A stretch of 64,000 bases of DNA from the human T2T-CHM13v2.0 reference genome, Homo sapiens (GCF_009914755.1 NC_060945.1), one strand, 5' to 3'. Shown: positions 33,105 through 49,140, numbered from the stretch's first letter. The notes: generated by a model not told the origin, from the letters alone. Made by a program: numbers and translations.

Positions 33105-33310
33105 ATTATTTATTTTTCCTGTTGCCTCAGGTTCCAACATGGCTCAACATGGCAGTTGCTGATCCTGACTTTGCTTAAAATTTGGTACTTTATCACAAAT
33201 TTTAAAATTAATTTTGATTTCTCAAAATATTGATTAAAATATTTATCTCTACTATTGAATTTTTGGGCACACCTTTAAATTTTGCATGCAAGATAAGCAC
33301 CTTCCTCAGT
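33105..33310. mobile_element. MER96B-like hAT fragment
   Basis: ttgcctcaggttccaacatggctc...ctgatcctg...attaattttgatt...ttaaattttgca. Confidence 0.55.
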
Positions 33311-33932
33311 TGTAGGATGTTGACGGTGATAAGGACATTAGCAAAGGAAATATTGAAAAGCTCATGAATACTGTTGCATAATTCTTCTTAGAGAAAATAG
33401 TTTCTTGGTATAGGATAGAACAATTGCTAAAGGGAAGGTGACCTCCTACATAGCATGAAAAGATGTGTCATGATCTTGGTATTTGTAATTTGTTCCCTTT
33501 CACTCTGCTCAACTAAAACAAGGATGAAAAACATTTTTCCATTAAAGATTATTAATTTTAAAAATTAATTGAGTCAGAAAAAAATGCAAATTAATTTTAT
33601 TTTATTTTAAAATTATTTTAATCTTTTGCTTTAAAGAAAACACTGAGTTTATGGGTCACTTTACAAGTGAAATAAGAACACAGATTTGGGGGTAATAAAC
33701 ATAATTTAGCACCAAATATATTTGTTCTAATTTATTTCACAGTTTAAAAACAAAGTGTAAGAGTAGAAAAAGGAAAGAAAGAAGAAAGGAGAGAGAAGTA
33801 CAGAAAAAGTTACAATAATCAAAATAAAAACCAAGAGAAAAGGGAAAAGAAAGACTAGCAGAGACATAAATGGAAAGATAGTCGTATGACTTAAAAAAAA
33901 AAAAGGTGAAGAGACAGAGAGATACTAGTCCA

Positions 33933-34413
33933 CGAGGAGAGCAAGACCATCCAGAGGCAGAACTCCTTATCCAAGGAATTCAGAAGTAATTAGACATCCC
34001 TATTATGTAAAGCTGGCATCTGGTATGAGATTTCTTTTCCAAAAATTTGTGAGTAACCAGAATTTCTATGCATCTCTGGAATGCATGTATTCTAAACTCA
34101 TTGTGCAACCCTTGCTGACATCAAGGCACCAAAATGTCTATAAATGTAATTGTTTACCATGACCTATGTGGCTAATATGGTAAAAATTACCCTTAAGCTC
34201 CCACTTTAAGGTCCATAAATACCCTAAGGAAAAATCTAGTGCAGTGGCATACTCAGTCCTCTCTTGCTGAGGAGCCCTGCTGCACTTCTCTGCAGCATTC
34301 TTTCCATCTAATACAGCTTTCCTTTCCAAATCTATACAGTTGTTGGTAAATTCTTCTTACTACCCACAAGCCAACCACACTCCACTGCCTGGGCTGTGAC
34401 AGCTCGCATGGCA
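33933..34413 (+). mobile_element. ERV1 (MER4-group-like) solo LTR
   Basis: 481 bp ending in CA, with TATA-like ataaata, a degenerate poly(A) signal, and a 5-bp TSD GTCCA at 33928-33932 and 34414-34418. Confidence 0.75.
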
Positions 34414-35088
34414 GTCCATATAAATGCACAGTCTACAAATCCATATAACCACAAAAAGAAAACAATGATAAAGAGAGCTGCACAAAGGAAAATAGAGAAA
34501 GGAAGCAAAATGAATGAGGTTAGATACGTTCTTAGGTGGAATAACAACCCCATCTTGGAGTAGGTTAGTCTTGCCACCAAAACTTTTAAAAACATGATTT
34601 TTTTCATAATTGTGCATATAATCCAGGATCTTACTCACCTCTTAATGTTCACTCTAATACATAAGATAAAATTAATCTGAAGATCTAAAATAGTCCTCAA
34701 AATGGAGACTTTTTAATCCTTCTAGGAAAGTTTTATCACCTTGGATAGATTTTTTCCTCCAGATAATCTTGAATTAATTTTACAATGAAAAGTATTACTG
34801 GTATTTTATTAAATTGTATTCAATTTATGCATTGGCATGTATATATTCAATAATATTACTTTTAACCAACAAAAGAGTTTGTCTCTGAATTTATTCATTT
34901 TTTTCTCAAAAAATATTACCACTTTTTACATGAACAGATACTTTCCAAAAGAAAACATGTATACGGCCAATAAGCATATGAAAAAAAAATGCTCAGCTTG
35001 ACTATTCATTAGAGAAATGCAAATCAAAACCACAATGAGATACCATCTCACACCAGTCAGAAGGACTGTTATTAAAAAGTCAAAAAAT

Positions 35089-35450
<362 letters not shown>

Positions 35451-35966
35451 CTAATATTTTTATATCCTTAACACTTTATACAAAAAAATCAAAGGAAGAA
35501 GAAGAACATTTAAGTTTACTTTGTTTCATTTTTCAGAGTTAATAGTTGTTTCACATTCTCACCAAGATTTGATTTTTAAATGTGGATCTTGTATCCTGCA
35601 ACCCTTGATAAATTTCCTTGTAAATTATAGTTCTTTAAAGACACCATAGTATGCTCTACACATATATTTCTTCTATGAATAAATAGATTTTTATTTTTTT
35701 CTTCCTAATATTAATACCTTTAAAAAAAAAACTTTATTTCAGTGGTTAGCACATGTTGAATAGAAGTGGTGAGAGCATGAATACTTGCATTCTTCCTAAT
35801 CTTAAGGGGGCATGCATTCAAGATTTTATCATATGTTATAATGGTTGCTGTAGGTTTTTCATAATTGCCCTTTATTGGACTGGAGAGGTTCCCTTTCATT
35901 TCCAATGTACTTAGAATTTTTTACAGACATGAATGGATGTTAAAACGAATGATTTTCTGCCTCTAT

Positions 35967-36174
35967 TGGCGTTCACCACCACACCCAGCTAATTTATTTT
36001 ATTTTATTTTATTTTATTTTATTTTATTTTATTTTATTTTATTTTATTTTTATTTTTAGTAGAGTTGGGTTTCACCGTGTTAGCCAGGATGGTCTCGATC
36101 TCCTGACCTCCTGATCCGCCTGCCTCAGCCTCCCAAATTGCTGGGATTACAGGCACTAGCCACTGCGCCCGGCT
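35967..36174 (-). mobile_element. Alu left arm with (TTTTA)n expansion of the linker; right arm missing
   Basis: caccacacccagctaat(tttta)n...gtagag...cccggc. Confidence 0.85.
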
Positions 36175-37342
36175 GAGGACATGTGTTTAAAAAGGTAGCA
36201 TAACTCCTATTTCTAGCTGCTCTTGCAACTAAAGGTGGCTGTGTACAGAATAACTCTATTCCTCTATATCCTGTTTGGACAAACCATCTTTCCATTGATT
36301 TAAGCACACTTTCAGAATAAAACGTAATTTCTTATCTCAGGAATTCCAAAGTCTAATGGAAGAGGCAAGCTTATATTGAATAATTTAGCAAAGCAGATTG
36401 TGCTTGGCAATAATAAAGTAATTCAATATATAAAACATAAGAAAAGAAGGAAATATCTGTTTCATAGTTGTAATTAGAACTTTACTATGCAGAATAGGTA
36501 GAGAGGCATTCCTCAAAAGATTAAGAGAGGTATAAAGTAAATGTAAATGTCAACTATAGGGGTTTTCTTAGGCAGAGAATCATGCTTTAGGGTAAATGAA
36601 GGTGACGCTGGTATTCAGGTTCCTTTGGAGAAGGCAACAATAAAAGTAGAGTTATCATTTATGAGATCCAAGAAGCCCAAGAAAAGATAATAAGAGCCCA
36701 AGCCACAGCAGGCTCAGACTCTTTTTCCTAAATAAAAAGGAACGAATAGCTAAATATGACAAAAGTCAAGGTATCTTTTAAGAAAGTTACACTTCCCCTG
36801 AAGCACAACAGAAATCAAAGATAGTCACCCTACAGCACTCCTTGCCTCTCTTCCAAGGATACAGCTATGTATTGTTTTTTAAAAAAGGTAAAGGGAATAT
36901 ATCACTTGACCATGTCTCTTTCCAAGGTGAATTTCTCCAAAAGCACAACTTTGGGGCACTTGTATGAGATATAGTTTAAACCCCACTGAATTTGATTTCC
37001 CACCCTCCCAGACACTTACCTTTATTATTTTCTCATATTTGTTTGCTTTTGTTTCCTTAATATAGTCCAGGAAAGGTATTTGTGGGCCGTCCTACAGGAG
37101 AAGTTATAATGAATTGAAAAATGTGAAGAACCTTCTATTCTCCCAAGAGTATATGGCAAAGAGGGTTTAATTGCACCCAAAATATCAGTGTGGAAGGGTC
37201 ACATAACTGATACTATAAAGTAACACATTGTCTTACAGAATTTTCGTTCTTAGGCTGAAATATTACCTTCTTCATCAAACTTACCTGACCGCATGTTTGA
37301 TGTTGTTTGAGTAAAATATAATACTCTTTTATTTCCCAAATG

Positions 37343-37348
37343 CACACA

Positions 37349-37392
<44 letters not shown>
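37343..37392. repeat. (CA)n microsatellite
   Basis: Directly visible. Confidence 0.95.
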
Positions 37393-37395
<3 letters not shown>

Positions 37396-37576
37396 TATGT
37401 TTTGGGAAATATATGTGCTATAGTATCTATATTTATTCACTTCTTAAATTTGTACTTAATTAAAATGACAAGATGAATTTGCTGAAAGGAGTTGGTAAAA
37501 TGATCAGCTGTATTCAGTCACATAACTATTGTTTAGTCTTAGTAATGAAAATAGAAAAAAAAAAAAAAAAAAACCA

Positions 37577-37873
37577 GCCAGGTGCAGTGGCTCACGCCTG
37601 TAATCCCAGCAATCTGGGAGGCCAAGGTGGGTGGATCACCTGAGGTCGGGAGTTCGAGACCAGCCTGGCCAGCATGGTGAAACCTCATCTCTACCAAAAA
37701 TACAAAAATTAGCTGGGCGTGGTGGCACGCACCTGTAACCTCAGCTACTTGAGAAGCTGAGGTAAGAGAATCACTTGAACTTGGGAGGCGGTGCTTGCAG
37801 TAAGCCGAGATTGCACTACTGCACTCCAGCCTGGGTGACAGAATGAGACTCCACCTCAGTCAAAAAAAAAAAA
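37577..37873 (+). mobile_element. AluSx-like
   Basis: Dimeric Alu with poly(A). Confidence 0.92.
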
Positions 37874-39989
37874 TGAAAATAGAAAAAACCGACAGACACT
37901 AAAAGCTAAGAAAATAGTGTGTTCATTTTGGAATCTAATTCAAAATTCATTATAATGAATTTTAACGGGCCACCAAAGGCATGTGTTGAAGTTCACTGAA
38001 TATTATTCAATGTTTGAGAATTACAGACAGCACACATATTTCATTTGTAGCAATGTCTGATTTGTTTTGCATATATATATTTGCATTTATTTAAAACAAA
38101 AAACGTCAAAATATATTTCATCTGTTATTTGGAAAAAACATTGAGTAACTAATTGTCCAAATATAGGTCTCTATTTTCTAATTTTTAATTAACAATGCTT
38201 CTTATTTAAAAAAATAACTTATTTCAAAATAACTGACATTTAATGTTTTTACATTTTTTAAAGTGTTCATGTACATCTATTTAATTTCTAGATATCGTGA
38301 GGGAATCGTCACTGTATCTGGAAGCCAGATGCCAAAGATGTTCAGTTATTATCAATGTATCTATGCATAAAGGATTGAAAATGATTCTTCATGCCATAAT
38401 TTATCTAAATATTCATTCCTTTGGAACACTGTTTTCCACCAATAGTAACAAGACTTGGAACAAAATAAAATAGTAATATCATGTGCATTTTCTATTTGTG
38501 CACTTTTCCACTTCTGGAAATAGTCATAGAATCATTTTGTGACAGATTACTATCATCCATGATCCTAAGTCACTAAGAATAAGTGTTAGAGTCTTTGGGT
38601 TAAATTGCCATAAGGACTAAATTTATTTTTTAACCAATTCCCTAAAGAATCAACTGATTTTTAGTTTTACAGCATATGTATGACCTCTCCATCCATTTTG
38701 CCTTAATTCTAGTTCTTTTTATCCTTCAGTGGTGAGAATGAGAAAACCTGGATGCATATGGCTATGGTTGATTTGAAAAGTACTTTTTAAACATTTGGAA
38801 GTTTTTCAAAACCAAAAGCATATTTGCCAAGTGATCTTTTCCCCCTACATTTTAAATCCATGTGCAACCTAAGAGAAATTTAGACCATATGCTAGTTCAG
38901 ATTGACTTACATTAAAATCATGAAAATTTTATTTAATAGCTCTTTGACACACAGGGAGTGTTTAAATTAAGCTTCTCTAAACTTTACATTTTTCAGAATA
39001 CACTCTGTTTTCTATCTACCCTCAACTACTCCTCACTACTCTCCAGGAAAATATCAGATTTAATTCAGGAGGTGTAAGTTGGATGTTTTCAGTCCATCAA
39101 CAATGATTAAGTAATTTAAAAAGCATTCTTTTTTTCACTTCTTCTCTAGTTTTCGTTTGTTTGTTTAAATATATCTGTGCAAGTTCAGAACAGTTTTATT
39201 TATATTAGGACCAATAATCTGAGGAATGAAATAAATTGTTGCATTTGTTGCAATAAATGAGTTTATGCTCCCTTTACAGAACATTAAGGACATGAACTTT
39301 TAAGTTTTAATGTTTCACTATAAATGATACTTGAGTCTTCTATTAGAATAAATAAGGTAAACCTTATATAAAGAAAAAATAAAAATCTTCTCCTTCTCAT
39401 CTGCATTTGCAATCCCACATGCACTGAAGTAATCAATGTTAATGGTTTTCTGTCCATTTGGCCACACCTCTAATGGATGGAATTTATGTAGTGTAATTCT
39501 TTGTCAGGTACAACTACACATGAGTAAAACTAGGTGTGATTTAGGACTCAAGATTAGGATTTTTAACTAGTAGTGAAATGGGAAGGGAAAAGCAAAGGTA
39601 AAATATACATCAACTAATTGCAGAAGGGTGTATAGAAGGGAGTCATCTGTATATATGACATCTGATGGCCCCGCCACTCAGCTAACCCATCCACGCTTGA
39701 AATGATAAATAGACAAGTGCATTGAAAATTGTAAGTGTGACGGAAAGGTCACCACGTGATTGCTACTATTATATTGTTTTATTATTTTGTTCTCCCAACA
39801 ATGTGTAGCTCAAATTTATACTACAGGCTGTTCATATCCCTTAACAAAATATCCATTAATTTATGAATTTGACAAAATTCTAACTTACTGCAATGTCCTA
39901 TAAATAATAGTTCGGCCCATCTGCGGTGATGACTGTTCCAGAAGATCTTTCTGATGTTGAATAACTAATACTGTTTTTCAATGTTACTA

Positions 39990-40054
39990 TTAGGTTGGTG
40001 CAAAAATAATTGCGATTTTTGCCATTAATCCCAACTACATTTGCACCAACCTAA
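39990..40054. mobile_element. MADE1 mariner-derived MITE, internally shortened
   Basis: TIRs TTAGGTTGGTGCAAA ... TTTGCACCAACCTAA flanked by TA. Confidence 0.88.
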
Positions 40055-41459
40055 TAGTAATTTAACATGCTGTATCTAACATTTGTGGACACTGATCGAA
40101 TATGCAATATTCTGGGGAGAAGTTGGTGGAAGAGATGTGTGTTGTTTTGTGAAAGATAGTATTCTGAGGGAGGGCAGAAAAGGGATATATATGTAAGAAA
40201 ATAGTGGATCTTGATCAGATGCATGCTTGTTCCTATTTACAAGAAGTCTACTCTGTGTTACTGAACAAATAAACTTACATGAAGTCAACTAATTCCAAAG
40301 AATTTACCGTCTAGAGAAATTCACATTTGTAATAATAAATAGTTTTCTTAATGACAGAAATTTCATGTCTTTTTTATTTTATAGCTATAAACATAGAGTT
40401 ATAAAATCTAAATACAGACAAGCCTACCCAGTGTTTGATTATATTCAATGATGTTTAAAAGTAATAGCCTCTCTTTTGTTCTTACTGGGAACATTATCAT
40501 TAGCACAGTGCTTCATACAGGCTCTTATTACTTCTATCTCCCATTGTTATGATTGGCAAAGCACAAAGCCATACTCAACTAGGAATACTTGGGCACATTG
40601 CAGCATTTATCACAGGGTGGACTGGATACTGAGTTTCTTAATTTATAAATTTTTCTTTCCAATGCAAAATTTGTGAAGGCTTAATGTTGGAAAAATGTCT
40701 GAATGGCTATAAATTCCCTTCCTAATTCCCTCCCCTCAATGCATACCTGTTTTTTTTGTTTTTTTTTTTGGCTCATTCTTAGAACTGTAGCTGTTCTTGA
40801 ATCTTTGATGGGTTGAAGCTAATCCACATTCAGATTTTACAATCTCATATAATTGCCAAAATTCTACCCTTCAAAACACTTGTTTCTTTCTTTTTTTCTC
40901 TTACATTTCCTAAAAGAAAATTAGTGAAAAAACAATTTTTTATTTGGTCTGAAACTTTATGGCAAATCTGAGGACAGGAAGAAATTTAGGGACTTCTTTG
41001 TGCACTTTTGATTTGGCGAATACCTGGAATATATATTTTTCTCTCTGCACAATGCAAAGTAGTTGCACTCACAAAGTATCAATTAGAAAAAGAAATTCTT
41101 CCCACATTTCATCAGAGTTTTAAGTGGTTACACTACAATAATCCCCAGCTATTTGGGAAATGGTAAAAAAAACTTTGAAGATCAAGCCATCATTATTATT
41201 TTCACTAAAACCTAAAAATTCAGCCACAATATGTCAAACCAGTTGGGACAGGACTTCCTTCCTCTAATTTAGTTTTTACTGCTGGATACCTGATGGGCTA
41301 CTTACTATATCCGGTGTCTCATAGGGCAAATTGTACTTGGAGACAATGTGAATATTGGCTCTGTTATACTCATCAGTCTGAGCCAATATAAACATTCTAT
41401 GAGTAATTCTGAATACTATCAGTCAGCTTGTCTTCAGCCTTTAAATTTAGTAATAATAG

Positions 41460-41680
41460 CAAAAATAGTCAACATTTATTGAGAACTATGTTCCAGACTT
41501 TACTAAGAACTTTATCTGCAACACTTTATTTAATGCTCATCACCAATCTGTGAGATACTATTGTTTTGCTCACTTTTACATAAAGGAAGTAGGGCTTAAA
41601 GAGGCAAAGTAACTTGACTATGATTACATAGCTAATAAATTTTGGAAAATGCCATGATTTAAAACTGTGATTGTAAAAAT
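41460..41680 (-). mobile_element. MIR
   Basis: aacatttattgagaactatgttccag...cttttacataaaggaa...aagtaacttg. Confidence 0.6.
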
Positions 41681-42015
41681 TATAGCAAAACATCAGACCC
41701 TCTTATTATTTACCTCCCCTCTTTCTTTGGAGGTGGTCAATCTGTTCATATATACCATAAATTTTTCTCCTATCAAAATGGCTTCATAACATTTGATAAC
41801 AATTAAGGAAATCTAAACAATGTATGGACTTTAATTTAATATCATGTGGCAGTATTGGTTTGTTAGTCTCAAAAAAGTTACCATACCAATACAAGAAGTT
41901 ACTGAGAGAGGAAACTGAGTGTGGGGTATGGGAGAACACTCTGTGTTATAGTCAATTTTCTAGCAATCTAAAGCTATTTTAAAATTAAAATTCTATCTTA
42001 AAAAATGACTATATA

Positions 42016-42305
42016 GGCTGGGTGCAGTGGCTCACATGTGTAATCCCAGCACTTTGGGAGGCCGAGGCGGGCAAATCACCAGGTCAGGAGATCGAGACCA
42101 TCATGGCTAACACGGTGAAACCCTGTCTCTACTAAAAATACAAAAAAGTAGCCAGGCCTGGTGGTGGGTGCCTGTAGTCCCAGCTACTCAGGAGGCTGAG
42201 CAGGAGAATGGCATGAACCCAGGAAGTGGAGCTTGCAGCAAGCTAAGATCACACCACTGCACTCCAGCCTGGGTGACAGAGTGAGACTCTGTCTCAAAAA
42301 AAAAA
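42016..42305 (+). mobile_element. AluY/Sc
   Basis: Dimeric Alu with TSD aaaatgact. Confidence 0.92.
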
Positions 42306-42846
42306 GAAAATGACTGTTTATGCATACCCAGCCGGTGTTTAAAACAATCCACCCATACAACTAACAGACATCTTCTATCACAATTTTATGATGGTTTTGC
42401 TAAAGAGTGGCAAAATATACTCAGAAACCAAATTAGCTGATTTCGTTAAACCCATTCTTCTTAATGTCAGAAGCCCTTACTCCATGTTTTCAAAATTCAT
42501 GATATTGTAAGGATTGTGAAAAAATTCGAAAGCAAATTAAGGTAGTCAAAGGAAAAGTGTTTACAAAAATGTTACTAGCACAACAATCCATCTACAAAAA
42601 TGTGAACATATTTTAATAACCTTGAACATGGCAAGAAGAGTTGCAATATAAAAAGAGATTTACATGTACAAAAGCTGAGGGAAAAAGTTTCAGCTTCAAG
42701 CATTAACGTTTTAGTTCATAAATCTGAAGGAAAATAAAGAGAAAATAAAGGCATTAAGAGATATGAAACAATGTAAAAATGAATATTTCTTTTATGAATC
42801 CTTGTGAATATATGACAGTATACAAGCTACAGAAAACTAGTTTACT

Positions 42847-43110
42847 GGGCGGATCACGAGGTCAGGAGATCTAGACCATCCTGGCTAACACGGCGAAACC
42901 CTCTTCTCTACTAAAAAATACAAAAAATTAGCCAGGAGTGGTGGCGGGCACCTGTAGTCCCAGCTACTAGTGGGGCTGAGGCAGGAGAATGGTGTGAACC
43001 CGGGAGTCAGAGGTTGCGGTGAGCCGAGATCGCGCCACTGCACTCCAGCCTGGGCGACAGAGAGAGACTCGGTCTCAAAAAAAAAAAAAAAAAAAAAAGA
43101 AAGAAAAAAG
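42847..43110 (+). mobile_element. 5'-truncated AluY sharing its 3' flank with the AluY at 43928
   Basis: Starts at gggcggatcacgagg; followed by a 59-bp sequence identical to 44237-44295. Confidence 0.9.
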
Positions 43111-43383
43111 AAAACAGATAAAGGACAAGCAAATAGAGAGGGGGAAAGCAGCCACCACCGTAATTTGAACAGTAAAACTGAGAGGAACTTTGAAGTGGAA
43201 AGGAGTGTAGTCTTTATTTCATCCTTGGGGATTTGTCAGGGCTGGAGGATGCACACAACAAATAAATAATTTAGAGTGCTCTGAAATATGGTCAGACAGC
43301 ATATGCCTTGCAGTTATGTCTACACTTTGTGCTTGATCCAAGCATACATATTATTGGGGCAATATCTGACTGATACCTTTTAA

Positions 43384-43417
43384 ACACACCACACACACAC
43401 ACACACACACACACACA
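43384..43417. repeat. (CA)n microsatellite
   Basis: Directly visible. Confidence 0.9.
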
Positions 43418-43806
43418 ATGTTTTATAGAAAATATATCTGGGCCTGGCTACATTTCCAGAGTGCCCCATTTCTCTTGGTTCAAATTTCCGTCTAGAAATC
43501 AAGTTAAATCTTTGGGATGACACTAATGTTGTAAAGGTGCTGCATAAAAATAAGATTTTTTAAAGTAGATAAACCATTCAATAATTTTCTACAGCAGGTG
43601 AATGACAGAAGCATTGACCTGAAATTTCACAATGGACTCCAGTGAGAATTCCCTGCAATCATGTCTCTTTTCCCATTTGTTAAGTACAACCACAGTACTA
43701 CAACCACAGCCACAACTACACCAACACGATTTCCTCACATGATCAGCTGTACTTTCCTGCTCTAGTCCAAGATCTTCCAGCCATGCCTTCCTACAGCACT
43801 CTACAG

Positions 43807-44466
<660 letters not shown>

Positions 44467-44881
44467 ATGGAACGTTTAAAATTTCCCTGGTTACTTTAAC
44501 TGCAAAAGTGAGTCTTGCATGTTATATTTTACCTCTTCCAGCAGGGCATACAGAGAGGAGCTAGTCAGAACACTTCTTTTTGACATTTATATACTGAGAA
44601 GTATACCAGTGTGTTACTACAGTACATCATGGAGAGTATTCTATCCTTTCCTTTCAGTTCTCATCTTTTGTCCTAGATTAATAGAGAACATCAAGTACTG
44701 TTTTCGGACAGAAAAACTAACAAGCCACCTAAACCCAGTCTTTCTGGCCTCTTAACATTAATGTTGAACTTTCCTTATGCACGGTCAACAAAGATGCTTC
44801 AACACTTCTGTAAGCTTCTCCAATCAGACATTGTGTTTCATTTTATCATCTGCAAAAAGCAGGGGAAAGAGTTTCCAATTT

Positions 44882-45350
44882 TGTATTGGTTATCAACTGC
44901 AGCATAACAAACCACCCCACAACTCAGAAAAATAATCATTTATCCTCTCAGCTCAAGTATCTGGAAACATCTAAGACCAAGTTGATCTAGGTTGAAACTA
45001 GTTGGGCTTCCCTGAACTTGCACTTCTGCAGTTTACTGACTGGAGGGAGTTTTATTATTTACTGGCTTGCATTGGGCAAATTATCTAACGAGGATCTGCA
45101 CCACCTTTCTTCAATCTTCCTGGAAACAAGAGACTAGCTGAGATATGTTTGTCTCATGGTAGTGAAAGAGGCACAAATCAAGTGTAATTATGCAAACTCC
45201 ATTTAAGCCTTTGCTTTTGTAATGCCTGCCAAAGTTCCACTGGTCAAAGCAAGCCCCAGGAGTAAACCTAGGTCACCAAGCCATAGTAGAAAGACACTAC
45301 ACGTGGAGCGGATTCAGAGAAGTGTGAACATTTTAGTCAGATGTGCAACC
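44882..45350 (-). mobile_element. Old MLT1 LTR
   Basis: tgtattggttatcaactgcagcataacaaaccacccc...ccactggtcaaagcaag. Confidence 0.6.
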
Positions 45351-46479
45351 TCTCTAAGACTGGCACAAAGGTGAGTGTCAGTAAAAGCCCAGCTTAATTC
45401 CAGCTACCTGATGTTCAGTTCAGTTTTTCAGCTGTAAAGAAGAGAAGATGATGCCTACCACAGAAGATCATTTGTGCAATTACAAGGATTAAATAAGAAT
45501 ATGAGAAATGTGTGAAGTGCCTAATACAAAGTTAATTGGTAAATGTTCTATATTTTTCATATACTCTTGGGCTTGAAAACAGATTAATTCTAAGCTTTCT
45601 AATATTATTCTGTCATAATTGCATAGTTTAGTGGGCCTATCAGCATGTATAAGCAAATGTTAATCAGAGCCAGCCAAGGTTGTGTCTTTTGGATACCAGG
45701 AAAGAGTTACCGTGGCTCTTAGAGAGGAATTGATATGGAGTTTAGTAAAAAAATAAATTTTAGTTTGCTATCCAAAATATATGTTTTGTAAATAGAGCTA
45801 AGATTTGACTGGAAATTTGAGAAAGGTTGGACAATTAGTTATGTATATAAGAAACTGTGCTGAACCTGCCAAATTCTTTGAAGTGGGTCACAATGATTGA
45901 ACAGAGAAGGTGCAAGTATGATATACAGGAATATCACATGACAAGATTTAGTGGGTAGGTGGTTATTGCCATTTGGTCTGTTTTGCTATTTATAACCAGT
46001 CTTAGGAGTTTTCTTTAAAACTCATGAAGAAATGAGAGTCTACACTAGCACACAATAATAATATAGATCGGTTGAAAGTAAAAGGAGGAAAAATGGTATG
46101 TTATGTAAACATTAATAAAAGAGGGCAGGAGTGTTATCTCAATACCAGCTAAAATTAATTTCAGAGCAAAGACAATTGGGAGAGACAGAGAAGGGCATCA
46201 CGTAAGACAAAAAGAGTCAGTTCACAAAAAAGATCTGGCAATCTTAAATGTACGTGCAACCAATAACAGAGCTACAAAATATGTGAAGCAAAATCTGATA
46301 GAACTGCAAGAATAAATAGACAAATCAACAATCGTAATTGGAGACTTCAACAAGCATCTTTCAATAATTGGTAGAAAAACTAGATCTAAATACTGTCAAT
46401 GTTATATATATAAAAAAAAAACTCAACAACACCATCAAGCAACAGGATCTTACTGGCATTTATAAAGTGCTCCACCACT

Positions 46480-47177
<698 letters not shown>

Positions 47178-47319
47178 TTAACAAACATTAAGAATTTTTT
47201 AAAAACTGAAATCCTGTAGAATGTATCCTCCAGCCAAAATGGCATCAAATTAAAAATAAAAAAGTAAAATAACAGCAGAATCTTAAATACTTGAAAAATA
47301 AACAGCATACTTTTTTAGT

Positions 47320-47782
47320 TCTTTTTTTTACATTTTTATTTATTTTAACTTCTGGGGTAGATGTGAAGGATGTGCAGGTTTTTTACATAGGTAAATTTGT
47401 GCCATGGTGGTTTTCCCTACCTATCAACCCATCACCTCGGTTTAAGCCCAGCATGCATTAGAGATTTTTCCCGATGCTCTCCTCTCCCTCCCCCATCCAC
47501 AGGCCCCAGTGTGTGTTGCTTACTTCCCTGTGTCCATGTGTTCTCATTGTTCAGCTCCTACTTATAAGTGAGAACGTTAGAAGTTTGGCTTTCTGTTTCT
47601 GCATTAGTTTCCTGAGGATAATGGCTTCCTGTTCCATCCATGTCCCTGCAATGGACATGATCTCCTTCATTTTTATGGCTGCATAGTATTCCATGTTGTA
47701 TGGGTACTACATTTTCTTCATCCAGTGTATTACCGATGGGCATTTAGGTTGATTCCATGTCTTTGCTATTGTGAATAGTGCT
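47320..47782 (-). mobile_element. L1PA 3' end
   Basis: Antisense 3' UTR (gtgtccatgtgttctcattgttcagctcc). Confidence 0.85.
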
Positions 47783-48801
47783 AAACAGCAAGCACACTTC
47801 TAAGGAGAACGTCTCAAGGGAAACAATTAAATATATTAAACTGAATAAAAATAAAAATACAACATATCAAACTTGATTTAACACAGTTGACATCAGTGCT
47901 GAGAGGAAAATGTATTTCACTAAATGTATATAATAGAAAAGTAGAAATCTCTCAAATAAAAATTCAAGCTATCACATCAAGAAAGTAGAAAATAGTAGCA
48001 AAATAAAATCAAAACAAATATAAGAAAGAATATAATAGGGATAAGAGCAGAAATAAATGAAACAGCCAAAAGAAAACAACAAAGAAAAGCAAAGAAATAA
48101 AGCTGGTTCTTTGAAAATATCTATAAAATTGACAAACCTTAACTAATAATGATAAAGAAAAAAGGGATGTCATAAATTACCAATTTCATGAATGAAATGG
48201 GCTATCCTTACAGACCTTGAAGACATGAAAATGATAAAGGAATGTCATGAACAACTCCACTCACATACATTTGACAACTTGGGGAAAATGGGCCAATTTC
48301 ATGAAAAGCAGAAACCACCACAAAACTCACCCAATCTAAAATAGGTAATTTAATAGCCCTAAAATGTAAGGACATTTAATTTCTAATTTTAAAGACTCCT
48401 GAAGGAGAAATCTCCAGGACAAAATGGTTTTACTAAAGAATTTTATGTACTGCTTAAAGAATTGACACCAATACACACAATCTTTTCTGAAAATAGAGAA
48501 TCTTTCCCAATTCATTTTATGAAGCTAACATTACTCTGATATCAAAATAGTACAAAAAAGTAAACTATAGCCTGGTAATTCTCTTGAACATGGATACACC
48601 AGTTCTTAACAACATTAGCAGTAGCACTCAGCGATGTACACAAAGAATTACACATCATGTCCCAGTGACGTTTACTCCAGTGACTGCACACCTAGACATT
48701 CATCCCACTGAAATAAAAACTTTTTTTTTGCACTTGTAATTGGCTTCCCCTCTGCTTTTGTTGGCAAGAGCAGGTCGGTGTCCCAGGCTTAGAATCCATT
48801 T

Positions 48802-49140
48802 TTCTCTCTTTCTCTCCATCTGTCTCTCTGTCTCCGTCTCTGTCTTTGTCTCTCCCTCTCTCTCTCTTTTTTTGACAGAGCCTTGCTTTGTCGCCCAGGT
48901 TGCAGTGATGCGATCTCGGCTCACTGCAAGCTCCGCCTCCCGGGTTCACGCCATTCTCCTGCCTCCCGAGTAGCTGGGACTACAGGCGCCCACCACCATG
49001 CCCGCTAGTATTTTGTATTTTTAGTAGAGATGAGGTTTCACCGTGTTAGCCAGGATGGTCTTTATCTCCTGACCTTATGATCCGCCCGCCTCAGCCTCCC
49101 AAAGTGCTGGGATTACAGGCGTGAGCCACAGTGCCCGGCC
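48802..49140 (-). mobile_element. AluY with (TC)-rich derived tail
   Basis: ctgcaagctccgcctcc...aggatggtct...cccggcc. Confidence 0.9.
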
